This document shows, piece after piece, positions 11,700 through 25,149 of a DNA stretch of 64,000 nt. Made by a program: the position numbers and the translations under genes. Each line of letters begins with the position of its first letter. Position 1 is the stretch's first letter. The stretch covers positions 22,754,001-22,818,000 of the forward strand of contig NW_024704743.1 in assembly GCF_018977255.1 (NCBI RefSeq), read 5' to 3'. The notes beneath the pieces are model-generated. The model was not told where the DNA came from and made no database searches. It saw nothing but the letters and a program-made list of their open reading frames with translations. This DNA is from Callorhinchus milii. Taxonomy: Eukaryota.

Positions 11700-12457
11700 T
11701 CGACCTCACTAAGCCAGTCAGGAACCTGGGTGTCTTGTTTGACCCTGAATTGTCCTTTCTCCCCCACATCCGTGCCATGACCGGCACTGCCTACCACCAC
11801 CTCCGCAACATTGCCAGACTGCACCACTGCCTCACCCCTCAGGCTGCCGAAGCCCTCACTCACGCATTCGTCACATCAATGCTCGATTGTGGAAATTCCC
11901 TCCTCATTGGCCTTCCCAACTCTTCTCTTCACAAGCTGCAGATCATCCAAAACTCTGCAGCTCGTGTACTCTCACGCACCAGGCTCCGTAACCCCATCAC
12001 TCCCACCCTCGCCCGACTCCACTGGCTCCCCATTCCCCAGAGGATCGAGTTCAAGGTCCCCGTCCTCGCTTTTCATGGCCTTGCCCCCTCCTACCTCTCT
12101 GACCTGCTGACTCACTACCAATCTGCCCGCTCCCTCCGCTCATCAAGTCTGCTCCATGTCTCCCGCCTGACCCGCCCTACCATCGGTGGTCGGGCTTTCA
12201 GCCTCTCTGCCCCCACACTCTGGAATTCCATCCCACAATCCCTTCACCTCACTTCCTCCCTTGCCTCCTTCAGGGCCGATCTTAAGACCCTCCTCTTCGA
12301 TCGTGCCTTCGGTCGCCCTCCCACCTCTCTATCTTCCCTCACCCCTACACCACCACCCCTCCCCATGCTTGGGTCCTGACCCCTAACTGTCCAGCACCTT
12401 GGGACGTCCTCCCGATGTGAAAGGCGCTCTCTAAATGTAATTTTGTTGTTGTTGTTG
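11700..12457 (+). mobile_element. 5'-truncated L2 LINE; ORF2 C-terminal fragment at 11735-12379
   Basis: HHLRNIARL, HAFVTSMLDCGNSLL, LQIIQNSAARVL, LHWLPIPQRIEFK, GGRAFS..APTLWNS are L2 ORF2 motifs; (gtt)n tail. Confidence 0.95.
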
Positions 12458-12769
12458 ATTTCCAAAGAAGCAAACTTTTAAAAAAACTAGAGCCATGGAT
12501 AAGGTGCCATATCTGATTTGAAGAAAGGGAAAGTAATTCCAAAGTTTAGAAATTGGCAAACATAATCCTAGAAATCGAAGTCCTATTAATTGAGGAAACT
12601 CAGGCACCCAAATGGTAACTGGAAGCACTTCATGCCAACTTGCAAGGACTCCACTCTGATACTGTGATTTGCTGGATTTAAGTTCCTGTGGATTGTAGGA
12701 ATTCTTATTCAGGCTGTTTAAGGACTTCTGAGCTATGTTGCTACTCAGCTAGGGAAGCGTATATATTTT

Positions 12770-12870
12770 TCAGTTTTGATGAAGAGTCGTGGACCCAAAA
12801 CATTGACTCAATTTCCTTTCTCCATAGATGCTGCCTAACCTGCTGAGTGTTCCCACCGACTTCTGTTTTT
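12770..12870 (+). mobile_element. Penelope-like terminal remnant with degenerate hammerhead-like core
   Basis: tTGATGA-agagtcgtggaccc-AAAAc...ctccatagatgctgcctaacctgctgagt. Confidence 0.6.
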
Positions 12871-12959
12871 GTTATTTTTTTTCCTGTTTGGTTTTAAAGT
12901 CTATGTAAACCACAGCCCATTGTACAGATCAGATTAACACCAAATATCCACCCTCGGAG

Positions 12960-13290
12960 GGCTGCATGGGCTGCCCATCCCCCAGTGGATCAAACTCAAG
13001 AATTTTGTTCTCACGTTCAAATGCCTTCATGGCTTTAAGTTCCTCAGTCGACCCACCCCACCATTTCAGCCGCTCTGCCCTTGCTCTTTGGAACTTCATC
13101 CCAGAGTTCCTCTAACTTGCCCTCTCCTGTACACTTGCAGTAAGACCTATTTCTTCTCAGCTCTCCCCTCTTCCATCCTCCAACTCGAACTCCAAATTTG
13201 AGTTCAGTCAATTGCCAACTGCGTGAGGTGCTTTGAGACATCTTCCCCAAGTGAAAGATGCTATATAAATGTAAGTTGTTTGTGTTGTCT
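12960..13290 (+). mobile_element. Degenerate L2 3' fragment
   Basis: gctgcatgggctgcccatccccc, tail gctatataaatgtaagttgtt. Confidence 0.7.
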
Positions 13291-14881
13291 TAGCTGAATA
13301 ATATTTTCATCCTTATTAATGGAGCCTTCTGCCAGTAAATGAGAAGTTCCACTGATACCATGTCTACTGGAGCAGAGTTCCCCTGGATTAATGAGACGCC
13401 TTCTGGTTACTTGAAGAAACCAAAGTTATTATAAGTGTTGTGTGCAAATTGGCTGCTGCATTTGCCCACAAAATACACACAGACATACACTTTACAGGAT
13501 ATTCTGCGAAGCGCTTTGAGATGTCTTGGCGATGTGGTAATGCAAGGATTACTTTTATTATTTGCAACTAGGAGTCCTTATTAAAATAATCCCATGACAA
13601 ATCGCCACACTTTAAACCTCATTATTTATTTAGGAAGTACAGACATGTCACTAACCGGCCTGGCCCCAACTCCCTCCAATTCAGCTGGTTTGAGACAGTT
13701 ATCTTATCACTGTGCACAGACTGTCTGAGAAACAGGGTATGGACTGAATGTTGACAAGGAGCTCTGATCAGCTAAAGCCACATTTACAAATGGCAACCTG
13801 GCAAGGCAGGAGGAATGCAACATCATATGAAATTAATTATTTTAAAAAAGAAACAGATCATGCGTTTTAATTGGCACGTCAGAGCATTACAATGTTATTA
13901 ATTCCATCCCCGAAAATCTGTAACTTTCAGTGGTGTAGAACGTGAGGGTGGGAATTAATCCTAAACAGGGAGAAACACATTGCTTACTATTTTCAGTGGC
14001 ATTCTGGAAACTCCATTATGTAAAAAGTTAAAGGCTAACACGTGTGAGTGATAGAACACAACTCAACACCCAAAATTTGTTCTTAACTCTGGCCCAAAGT
14101 GAGGCATACGGTAGAATGTTAAAACAACATCAACTTCTTCTGAAACACAGCCCATTTCAGATGGGCTAACATCTCAAAATGGTTTACGGAGATGGGGCCG
14201 AATGTTGAGATTGGAGGATGGGCAACATTGTCTGTAGGATCTTTCCCTACAGCAGACTGATTCCTTCATTTGCAACCAAGCTGGTTGTGAAAACAAGTAT
14301 ATTGGATGCCAGGCACATCTGTGCTGTGTCCAGAGCTATATGTAATAGTGCACCTTTCAATAACATTTCATTTGTTATAACAAGTTCCAGTGCACAATCT
14401 TATATATCAAAAATCTCTCTGTACAGTAGAAGGGTAATGGAGGTCATTTTTAGAGTGCATGCGTGTGGGCATTTTTTGACAAAGCGACAAATTCAGTCAG
14501 GTCTTTTTGAAACTACAAACATTGTATTGTAGCGCCCTCAAAGTCTTAATTAAGCTTGTTTAACTAAGTATGTGTAAGACAGCAGAACCCTAACTCTGTG
14601 AATTACATAGTGTTTCCAACCGTGATACTATAGCCATATAATGTTAAGTTACTAGGAATGCCTCAAAAATGAACTAAAGTTGCCTGTTTTGTAACCCATC
14701 GATACATATATATCTCCTTGTGACACAAATACAGGTGAAATGTCTTCATTGTTTTATCTTAGCAGTACTCAGAAACAACAACTTGCATTTATATAGCGCC
14801 TTTCATGTGGGTAACGTCACGGAGCACTTAATAGTGGTGTGGCTTGATGCAAGTCGGAAATGGGGGGAGGTGACTGAAGGC

Positions 14882-15204
14882 ATAATAATAATAATAATCC
14901 TTGCATTTGATATAGCGCTTTTCACGTCGGGAGGACGTCCCAAAGCGCTTCACAGAACACACTGTAAAGTGAATTGACTGTATATTTGTGGGCGAACGCG
15001 GCAGCCAATTGCGCACAGCATTGTCCCACAAACAGTCGTAGATTGAAAATGACCAATTTATTATTGTTTTGGGTTTTGGAGGGATTATTATTAGGCTCTG
15101 TGTGGAGTAAGGAAACTTGCCCAAGGTTTCGCCCTCTGACTGGAATTGAACTCGGGTCTCCCACTTGCAAAGCGAGTGCTCTAACCACTGAGCTACAGGA
15201 CTCC
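14882..15204 (-). mobile_element. Full-length tRNA-derived SINE (family A, short form)
   Basis: Head ggagtcctgtagctcagtggttagagcactcgctttgcaag, B-box, L2-like tail with (att)n. Confidence 0.95.
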
Positions 15205-15650
15205 GCCTGGTTGAAGAGGAAAGTCCTGAAGTGTAATTTGAAGATGGGCAGAAAGGGAGCAAGACGGAGTAATTGAGGAAAGGAGTTCCTGGGATTTGGG
15301 GCACGGTGGCTGAAAGCACGATGCCAATTGTGAAGTGGAGGGGACAATGGATGTGTAGCAGACCTGTGGACGCTACCCTGCATGAAGGGCGCTATATAAA
15401 TATAAGTTGTTGTTGTTCTGCCTGTTAAGCGAAGGCAGCAGGTAGGAGAATGGAGTGTGAGCAGATTGGAGAGGTAGGAAAGTGCCACAGTGTGAAGATA
15501 TTTCAAAGTGAGAGTGAGGATCTCGAAATCGATCTGTTCTGCAACAGGGAGCCAGTGGAGCTTGGCAAGAACTGGGGTGATGGGGATTCAGAGCCTGATG
15601 GGAGTGTGGAGCATAACCAGAAACCAGGCCCTTTCTGTTGGTCAGCCAGA
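15205..15650 (-). mobile_element. Degenerate L2 fragments
   Basis: gggagccagtggagc, gatctcgaaatcgatc, ggcacggtggctgaaagcacg. Confidence 0.7.
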
Positions 15651-17804
15651 CGTCTGACATATGTGATGTGGGAGGACCTTTGCAGGACAGCTCTTGACAT
15701 GCTAGTCACCCTGATGTAGCAGAGGTCCCAGTCCAAAGCTGTCTACCAGATTAACTCAGCACCGGCTGTCAATGTTGGACGTGTCGAGGAACATCCCTTG
15801 GAACTCTGACTGCATGAAAATAGAAACTAAAATCAGCTTCATAATGCTGCTCCACAGGGGTTGGCTTTGGCCCATCTGGGATATGCTGCTTATAAATCCT
15901 TTAGCGACTCTCACAAATTACTTCCAATTGCCAGTTCCTCAGTGTGTGCCCAAGTATCATGACTACACCCTTTCAGCTGAAGGGGACGATATTGGCTTCT
16001 GCTTTGTTGAGTCAGCTCTTCAGTTTGATACATGTTCATCAAAGAGTTCCATTGTGATGGCTGAAATGTCACCACCAAACAACGACAGAACATACAGCCA
16101 CTTGTGACCGCATCCAGTTGGACAGAGAAGTGATAGAGACGCAAGTGGACAATAGCTCCCATTCGCATGGCATTTATTTTACTGGTGTCCTGAGGTCAGG
16201 TGGCAGTTTCACCCCCTAGATGCCAGAGGAAAAAAGCTTCCTTTGTGATTATGACTTGAACTGGGATTGTCAGGAGAGAGCTGGGAACGTGTATTTTAAC
16301 AAAGGTCAGGATTCACTCAAAAGCGTCAGTAATGCTTTGCCATTATTAATCACTTACAATAAGAATGCAAATTGCTGGGGCAGACACAGGGTTTAAGGTA
16401 TATATAAAGAATATCAGTTATAACTTTATTTTACAATATCCACATGAACTTTGTGTTGTTCACAACTGGTACAGGGATGTCAGTAATGAGCAAATTACAA
16501 TGGTCTTAGGGTTCTTTCTGTCAGGGATAGCTTGATGTTGAGGTCTAACAAGTGGGCATATCAAAATAGTTTAGATAATACCAATTCCTGCAGCTATCTG
16601 GATGGATCTGTCTCACACTGACCCACTGTCTGGTGCTTTGGCCATTATCTACCTTCAAAATGAGATTACTGCCCAACCATGAGACACATCTAGGGTAACT
16701 GCAGAATCTAATATTTGTGAATCCTTTTACGAATCCCTACGTGTAAAACCCTGAGGTTGCTGCTTTGGAGACTGTTGTTCAACCTCACCAATAGTCACTA
16801 CACATAGAGGCAAGAGGAAGCTCTCACTTTTGTTTTTTAAATGTTTTTCTTCTAAACCCATGTCACCTCAATGCAGATCTATAGCTATTTATTAATGTAG
16901 ATCAAGAGGACAGTATAGTTGGAGCAATGCTTCAGCTCTATCAAGTATCAGGCCCTCCCTATATAATAAGCCTTGCATCTATTTTATAGTAATTCTTAAT
17001 GATATTCCTACCCCCCCCCCCCCACCCGCTCGGCTTGACCTTCAAACTTGTAAAAGCTGTCAAATGAAACAAAACAACTCAAAGCAATGGTGCTCATTGT
17101 TCATGTCTTGATCTGGCAGAAACTTGTAGGCAGAGGAAGCATTTTATAAATGCCACTTCACTTACACAGATGAGAGACTGACAAAGCTCTGACACAGTGC
17201 TACAGTTCACTAAACACAATTGCAACCACAATCCAATGAGTGGGAGGATGGAAAAACCTCAAGCTAATATGGTGCATTCCTTGCCACTTAACTCACTATC
17301 TGGTCCAATGTGCTAGAGTCATATTCGGCCACTGCCATTATATTGAAACAATGCTTTTGTAATAAGTTTCACTTGTAGATCATCTATCCACTTACTGTAT
17401 TTACTCAAATCAAGAGTGTGTTTTTGTTCATTAAAAAGTACCGCTGAAATCAGGTAGGTAGAACCTTAGAATCGATGGTGACTTAGAATTGCAGTAAGGT
17501 GCTTTTTCTCTCTCTCAAACACTCTAAAATTTTCCTAAGCTTTAGAATTGGGAGCAGTTTACATAAATATGATAGTTTCTGCATCTATGGCCTTTCCACC
17601 AAGGAACGATGTGGGTTCTGAGTGGCTTCACATTTAGCCAATGGTTTGACTCTGCTACAATCACAAACCGTAGTTGAAGCATAGTCCATAAAGTACTTTA
17701 AAAGTACTTTAAAAGTGAATTTGAGAAATGCTTGAAGATGAGGAATAGCCGAAGGGTGGCTGAAGACATGGTCGAAGAGGAAAGTCTTTAGACTGGACTG
17801 GACA

Positions 17805-18230
17805 TTTTGAGTTCAAGATCCTCATCCTCACCTTTAAGGCCATCCATGGCCTTGCCCCCTCCTACCTCTCTGACCTGCTGACTCCCTACCAACCTGCCCG
17901 GTCCCTCCGTTCAGCGGCGTCCAGCCTGCTCCATGTCTCCCGCCTGACCCACCCTACCATCGGTGGCCGGGCTTTCAGCCTCTCTGCCCCCACACTCTGG
18001 AACTCCATACCAAGGTGCCTTCGCCTCGCTTCCCCCCTTGTCTCCTTCAAGGCCGGTCTCAAGACCCTTCTCTTCGACCGTGCCTTTGGTCTCCCTCCCA
18101 CCTCTCTGCCTTCCCTCACCGCTACACCACCCTCACCCATGCTTGGGCCCTGACACCTGTCTGTTCAGTGTCTTGGGACGTCCTCCCGATGTGAAAGGCA
18201 CTCTACAAATGTAATTTTGATGTTGTTGCT
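17805..18230 (+). mobile_element. L2 3' fragment
   Basis: Close match to 12045-12457. Confidence 0.9.
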
Positions 18231-18231
18231 G

Positions 18232-18410
18232 TTGAAGGAGGCAAGAGAGGGGTGAGGCGAGGTGGAGGGATTGCGGGATAGACTTCCAGACTGTGGGGGC
18301 AAAGATGCTGAATGCTCTACCGCCAATAGTCGGGTGGGAAGTGCGGGGGACCTGAAAGGCTGGTGTCCACTGAGCAGAGGGCATGGGCAGGTTGATATGG
18401 GGTTAGGAGG
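18232..18410 (-). mobile_element. L2 fragment, inverted relative to its neighbour
   Basis: Minus-strand translation HPTIGGRAFSIFAPTVWKSIPQSLHL. Confidence 0.85.
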
Positions 18411-18968
18411 TCGGAGAGGAAAGGGGAACAAGCTATTTCTACTGGTTGGGGAGTCAGTGCCAAACTTAGTTATAAAATAGCCACACTAAGAGTAAAATGA
18501 GAGTTTAGGAGATTTTTTTCACATAGAGAGTTGTTGGGATGCTGAAAGCCCTGCCAAGTATGGTGGTAGAGGTGGCGTCCAATATGAGTTTCAAGAGAGA
18601 AGTAGACCGGTATACAAAACAATATATATTTAGATAGCACTACTCAAATCGGGAGGATGTCCCAAATGCCTTACAATGGTGTGTGGGCACCCGAGCTTGG
18701 GGTAGAATCCGAGGAGGGTGGGGAGGGGAAAAATTCCCAAAGTACAATCAAAGAGGTACGTTTTGAGATGTCCCTTGAAAGAAGCGAGGAAGGGAACGAG
18801 TCAGAGAGACTCTGGAATGTGATATAATATATGAAAGACAAGAGGCTTGAAGGGATTTGGGGATAAGGCAGGACAAGAGGATTAAATGAGCATCTTCCTC
18901 TAAGAGATGCAGCCTGAATGGGCTGAATGGCCTCCCTCTTTGCTGAAACTAGACATGATTCTATGATT
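18410..18968 (+). mobile_element. CR1 3' region interrupted by a minus-strand L2 tail (about 18620-18820)
   Basis: ttttttcacatagagagttgtt...tgggctgaatggcctccctc...atgattctatgat. Confidence 0.75.
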
Positions 18969-20879
18969 TTTTCTCCACTCTCTTCGTCTCTTCAATTGGC
19001 TTTCATGCCATGGAGTGCCATTCCACGGGTGATAGGCATTAGCTGGTATAATGCCTAAGTAACCAATATTCATTTGCGAGCCTTGGCAATAATAAAGCTC
19101 AGCAGCCTTTTCAATCGTGGGGCTATTGCAGCAAATACCAATGTTGGGTTCACCATGCATCTGTGTGCATGTCTCCAGGAGTGACAGCAAGCATGACACC
19201 AGTGCCTTGCGACGTCCTCCTGATGTGAAAGGCGCTATACAAATATATTGTATGACTGAAAACCATGACTGACCCAAAGTCACTCACGCCAATTGTAGCA
19301 TCCTGATGCCTTTCTGGCTGAGATCAGCTAACTCAGCAGAGAAAAGGGAATCAAACATGTAAACTTCCTGCTTTGTGCAGCTCAGCTACTGACCACATGA
19401 ACGTGCTGAGCCAGAGGAAGTCTGCAGTTTCGTGCTGATTTGGTTTCTGTCTCTTGAGCATCCTCGATAGGTCAGCAGTCATGTCACAAGTCCAAGTAAC
19501 ACATTCATCCACCAATGTGCCATAAGATAATGCTTAAATGTAACCCTAAATAATATTTAATATTAATAATTGTACTTCCATTTGGTATAGTGCCTTTTGT
19601 GTCAGGAGAGATGGAAAGCACTTCACAGGATTTATTGTAAAGTGGAATGACTTGTACTTGTAGACAAACATGGCAACCTATTTGTACATAGCAATGTTCT
19701 ACAAACAGCCTTGAAGTGAGTGACCAATTTTATTTTTGAAGACTACAACCACAATTTCTTTCCCCGTTTGGAAAATGATTGATATAACGGGCATGGGAGA
19801 ACCGGGTTATTAACAAGTATTCAAAACATCAGTAATGTCAGCATTGTGCAATGATAGCACTTTTGCAATCTATTAAAAAGCCACCAACTCATCATTGTAA
19901 TCCAGTTACCTAAACATTTGCACGGGTATTTACGTATTTTCCACAACTTGATGAATGATTACTTGAGAAATGAACTGGAAAGGGAAACTCTGGAGGTGGA
20001 GGTGTTGAACTAGTGGGTGGATAAATGTCTGTAGGAAGATAACTGAAAGAGCAATTGTGTATTTTCCGCTCTTTCACTTGTTGTGAAACAGCAGATCTTA
20101 TTTCATTAGGCATAGGGATGGTATGAAATTGAAATGAAACCAGATACTGTGTTGAAACTTATTTGTAATAATGTGCAGTGGTAGATAATTGGGAGATTTT
20201 TTTAACATAGATAAAAAAGTATAGCATATTTAAAACAATAATTAAATCCATCTGTATGTTCAAACAGTAAGTTAATTAATTTCAACATACTTTACTCGTG
20301 TAAACGTAAGAAATGTTATCCTTTTCCCATTTAAATTTTTTTTTAGTTTCTTCACTGTTCCATTATTTGTTTTTAGTAGCATTCCTTATTTCAATTAATA
20401 CATTTTTGAATAAAAATCGTATTTTCAAGATTGTACTAATATTATAAAAATGCAAAATTAACACAGAGATTATTATTATATATTGTTCCCTTACACACAA
20501 TCTGTGCATATCTGTTGAAACCAGACAAAGATATCAAAATGTTGGTGTGTGTTGTGGGTGTGCGGTTTTTGGTCATCCGGGTGTGTTGATGTGTTTGGTT
20601 AGGGAATACAGTCTCCTTGTTGAAGTCAAGAGTCATAGTTCATAGGTCAGCAAAGAGCAGAATGAATAATAAAAGAGTGAGATTTAATATACGCAGTCTA
20701 AATGAAGAGATTCCTTAAGTACTGGATCACTCAAGATAAAGATTTCTGCGCCCCCCCCACCCCCAAACCCAAAAGAAAATTGATTAATTAATTATAAATC
20801 AATTTACGGAGATAATTAAAACAAACATTTTCACCAAAAAATGTATCTTTAGTAGAAATTGGTAAAAAAATACAATGGT

Positions 20880-21240
20880 CTTTAGGCCATGCCAGGTAGG
20901 AATGAACCATATAAACCACAATGATCTCAGTTGGTCTGTATGTAGTTAGCTGTTAGCTGGATCATTGTTGGGGGCATTACAATTGGCCTGAGTTCCCTGG
21001 GCTAGGGAATGGTTTACTCATTGCTTCCCAGTGATCCCTGCTAGCAAATGTGTACATGTTGACCATGGTTGAGGAAGGGATTAGCGTGGTTGTGAATGGG
21101 CATGTTTAGGTATCTTGCCCACATTCACTACTCTTGGCTCCCACTGACAAATGACGTCTTGATCAAAGAACTGGATGGCTGCCATCACTATTGGAACTAT
21201 AGCTCAGTATGAATCACTCTTTTCAGAAAAAGGGGGATTA
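20880..21240 (+). mobile_element. Old SINE-like repeat (family C)
   Basis: acaattggcctgagttccctgggctaggga...cagtgatccctgctag. Confidence 0.65.
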
Positions 21241-21989
21241 AAAAGCACAACATGAAAATAAGTCATAGACTGACTCCAAGTGATCCAAACACTCGGATAC
21301 TTAAAGCCCAGATTGAATTCAATTAAACAGGCATGATTTCCTTCAAGGAATAGGGACCCACATCCATAGCTTTCATTCTTGATATAATCGACCCTGCACA
21401 CAGCTATGGAGCCCTAATACCCATTAGGGTAGTCATGGTATATGGGAAAGATTCAAGAAACATAGAAAAAGGCAATCAGTTTTTTATTTCTCTTAGGTGT
21501 ATTTCACAACTAAACTAGCTTTCCTGTTTAACAATTGGTAAGCAGTAATGTAAATAAACTGGAATATCAGGATCTCTGAAAGGAGGATGAAGCAAGAACT
21601 TTTATCATAAGGGAAGGAGGATATGAGTAATATATCCAACCAAAGAAAATTCCACTGTAGTTCATCTCTTCTTATCACAGATGTCTTGAAGAAAATTCAA
21701 CTCTGCTCTGCCAAATGCCTCTTATGCCACCACAACATGCTCCACGGGTGGATACTGTAATATTATGTCGTTGGCTAACATTATGGTAAAGTGGATTCCA
21801 CAGATGATCCCAGTTTCATTTAGATCAATCAAATGTAATCATCAATCTATTGCAGAATCAGTCTAGAAATTCAGGGAGAATTTAGAGTCAAAGTACTGTC
21901 AAAGTCAAAGTCAAAGGCATTAAAATCCTACCACATGTTTTGTCTACAAGCAGTTTTAGTGAAGTAACATACTACATTCAGTCATAGGG

Positions 21990-22150
21990 GAACCAATTTT
22001 GGTGATTTTACTATGCAAATTGCTTTGAGTGCAGGAGGCATTTTGGCCAATGGAGTCTGTGCTTGTTCTGATGCTATTTTCTTGATTTTCCGCATACACT
22101 TTTATGTTATGTTTTCTGAAGTATTTATTTAATCCTCTTTTAAAAGCTGC
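21990..22150 (-). mobile_element. CR1 3' fragment
   Basis: caggaggcattttggccaatggagtctgtgct. Confidence 0.6.
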
Positions 22151-22659
22151 CACGGACCCAATTTTAACAGTGTTTGGGAAATCTGCAAATCCATTTTCTT
22201 CTGGTGATAATATAAACCATCAGTGAATCTATCTGAACGTAGAACTCTATGCAGCTGCATGAATCCTTTTTCTCTGTCCTCCAAAGAGGTGGAAGAGTGA
22301 AAGTGAGCTCATTAGTATTGTCTAATAGTTCAAATGAGATAGAATTAATCTTGAATTGCTTTCTACGAAGAGATTGAATCCACACAATGATGTTTCATTC
22401 AATTCCTTGAATTCCTGTTTGGTAGTAGTTAGATTGGGTGTAATAACATATCACTGAATGTGTCTGAATGAATGGCTGAATGGCTGTCCTCCCTCATTGC
22501 TCAGATAGTGTGTTTATCCTTAAGTTCAGAATGTCTTTTCTATGTTGTTCAGACTTACAATCTTCCTAATCAGACAATTATGGGTTCAAGACCCATGTCA
22601 CTTGTTAGCTCACAGCCTAGGTTGACATTTCAGTTCATGAGTGGGACAAATGCTACATT

Positions 22660-23220
22660 AATCTAGGAATTTAGGAGCAGGAATAAGCCATTCGGCTTAT
22701 CAAGCCTACTGTACTGTTTTCTTAGCAAATCTGTAACTCAATAGCATTTGCCTGCCTTTTCTCCACCCTCCCAAATATATACCTACTTCCCTCTTAAACA
22801 CTCCCAACCAACTCTGCATTAATGGCCCTTCAATGAAATTAATTCCACATTCCTACAACCCTCTGAGAAAAGAAATCTTGTCTGATTTCACTAGCAGGTC
22901 TATTGTTTTATTATATTCTCTTGTTCTGGATTCTGAAACCATAGGAAAGAATCTCTCCTTGTCCATTCTGTCAACTCCCTTTACTATCTAAAACACTTTG
23001 ATTAACTAACACCACAACTTCCTCTCTTCAAGACAGTACTGCCCTAGTGTGCCCCTTCAATCCAGGTACCATTTTGTGAATCTACTCTCTATGGCCTCCA
23101 AGGCTGGTATATCTTTTCGAAGCTGCGGTGCCCAAAACTGCACATGGTACTCCACAAAAATGTGACAGGTCATTATACACTAACATCACTTCCTTTGTTT
23201 TACATTCCAAACTCTTGTGA
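22660..23220 (-). mobile_element. CR1 fragment
   Basis: aggagcaggaataagccattcggc...caaaactgcacatggtactcca (YCVQFW-type CR1 region). Confidence 0.8.
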
Positions 23221-23244
23221 TAACCTCTTCTGATTTGTGTGTCA

Positions 23245-23680
23245 ACCTGACTCACTTGGTAGCACTCTGAGTCAGAATGTTGTGGGTTCAAGTCCCACAT
23301 TGGATCATGGAACTGATATTATCAAAGCTGACACTCCAATGCAGCGCTGGGGGGTGTGATACAATATTAGAAGTGCTTATCTTTTGGATGAGATATTAAA
23401 CCAAGTCTGCCCCGTCTGCCTGTTCAGGTGGACATTAAAGATCCCATGGCACTATTCAAAAAGAGAAGGGAGTTCACCCGGTGTCCTGGCCAACAATCCC
23501 TCCAGAATATAAAAATTGGTCATTTATTTCATGGCTATTTGTGGGACATTGCTGTGTGCAACTTGGCTGCCGCATTTGCTCACAAAATCCACAGTCACTG
23601 CACTTTACAGTATATCCTGTGAAGCGCTTTAGGCCGGCCTCCTGATGTAAAAGGCACTATGCCAAAAGCAAGGGTTAGGA
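23245..23680 (+). mobile_element. Full-length DeuSINE-like SINE (family B)
   Basis: ggtagcactctgagtcagaatgttgtgggttcaagtccca...aaagatcccatggcactatt, then the shared SINE tail. Confidence 0.9.
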
Positions 23681-25149
23681 TATATTTTCTTATCTGGATT
23701 AGGATATACCCAGGATATAATTTGATTTATAAAAGTCAACGTCGTTTGACTTTTTGACTTTTTGTACTTATTGCACAGGTTGTTAAACTAAAGCCCCGTA
23801 GGAAAATGTTAATGATATCTTGGGCACTATTTGTAAATAGTGAGTTTCTCCTGGTTTCCTGGCTAAAAATCTTCCAGACAAATTGGCCATTAACTTCATG
23901 GATGTTTCTGGTATCTCTGTGCATGAAACAGCTGCTGTGTTTGTCTACAAAAACAGTTGCTACACTTGACAGTGATTATAAAGTGTTCTGTGACACTTCA
24001 ATGTGATAAGGTGTATAAAAGTAGTGTTCTTTGCAGTGTTTGAAAGGAATCTAGCACTCTTCTTCTTTTGTACACAGGAATTTATAGAGTTGTGTCAAAT
24101 TTATGTTGCGAATTGAAAACTTTGACCCATTTCTTCATTTTGTTTGGAAGCGAGGGCCTCATTTTCCATGAAGCAAAAGAAAGAGGATTGCAGCAAAGAA
24201 CCACTTTGGCACAGTTGCGTTGCTAGACTGGCGGGTTATCAAGTGTTGATTCAATTCCAGGAAAGATTATCAACTGGGATTCAATGTGACAGCAAGTTTG
24301 TGCTTCCTGGTAAGCAAGCGTTGAATTTCCAGCAACTCAGGTTGATTAAGCAATCCAGTAACTAATAGAAACAAGTTTAATACTGTTTCAACAGTACATC
24401 ATAATCCAGATAAGAAGCTGCAGGGATTGGGCTGGCCATTTATGTTGGAATTTGTTCATATGGTACAGCAGAAAAAATAACCGCAGTGCGATCAAATGGC
24501 AATAATGAAGACCAAAACCTTGTGAATGTTGAGGTTTTGGCACCAAAGCAAATGATTGAAATGTCATCATATTTTCGATTGATTCAATTATACTCATTTT
24601 GTGATTTTTAACTATTAAGCCCTTGGAACTAAGCTGTCCCATTGAGCAAATTGTCTACTTGGCCTGGGAGAGTGTGGATTTCATGCTTCCTCGCCAGATA
24701 AAAACTGTTTATTCCAGTGTCTTGGCCTCAATTATTAAGTACAAGGCAATGCCTTTATAACACAATCATCTGGGTCCAATGTTTCAGGCCACAAATTATT
24801 TAGAGGCAAGATGGATACCGCACATGCACAGCATTTCTTTTGAAGAACCCATTACATTAGTGCAGTCTGATTAGTGTACTATTCTGTGTATGAAACCATA
24901 CCTAGCAACATGACTGTCCAGCACCTCCGGATGTCATGTACAAGGCCATTATAAAGCAGCTTCCTGATCCACTTTCACTCCTTTTATGTACCTGCATATA
25001 AAGCGAATGCACTATTTCTATTTTCACTGACACAAAAATAAGTAGTGTATCTACAACAACTTGCAATTATATAGCCGCCCATCGCCTGGGAGAGTTTCTC
25101 GCTGCACTTATATCTATCAGTAAAGATGGTTGTAAGCAACTTCAGGAAG

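Noticed and set aside
11735-12379. 214-aa ORF as a host gene
   Set aside because: L2 ORF2 C-terminus in a truncated retrotransposon copy
20628-20652. CTGACCTATGAA (minus strand) resembling miR-192
   Set aside because: Only a 12-nt match and no precursor hairpin
24413-24610. Open frame EAAGIGLAIYVGICSYG...
   Set aside because: No clear splice sites or start codon, and no recognisable domain
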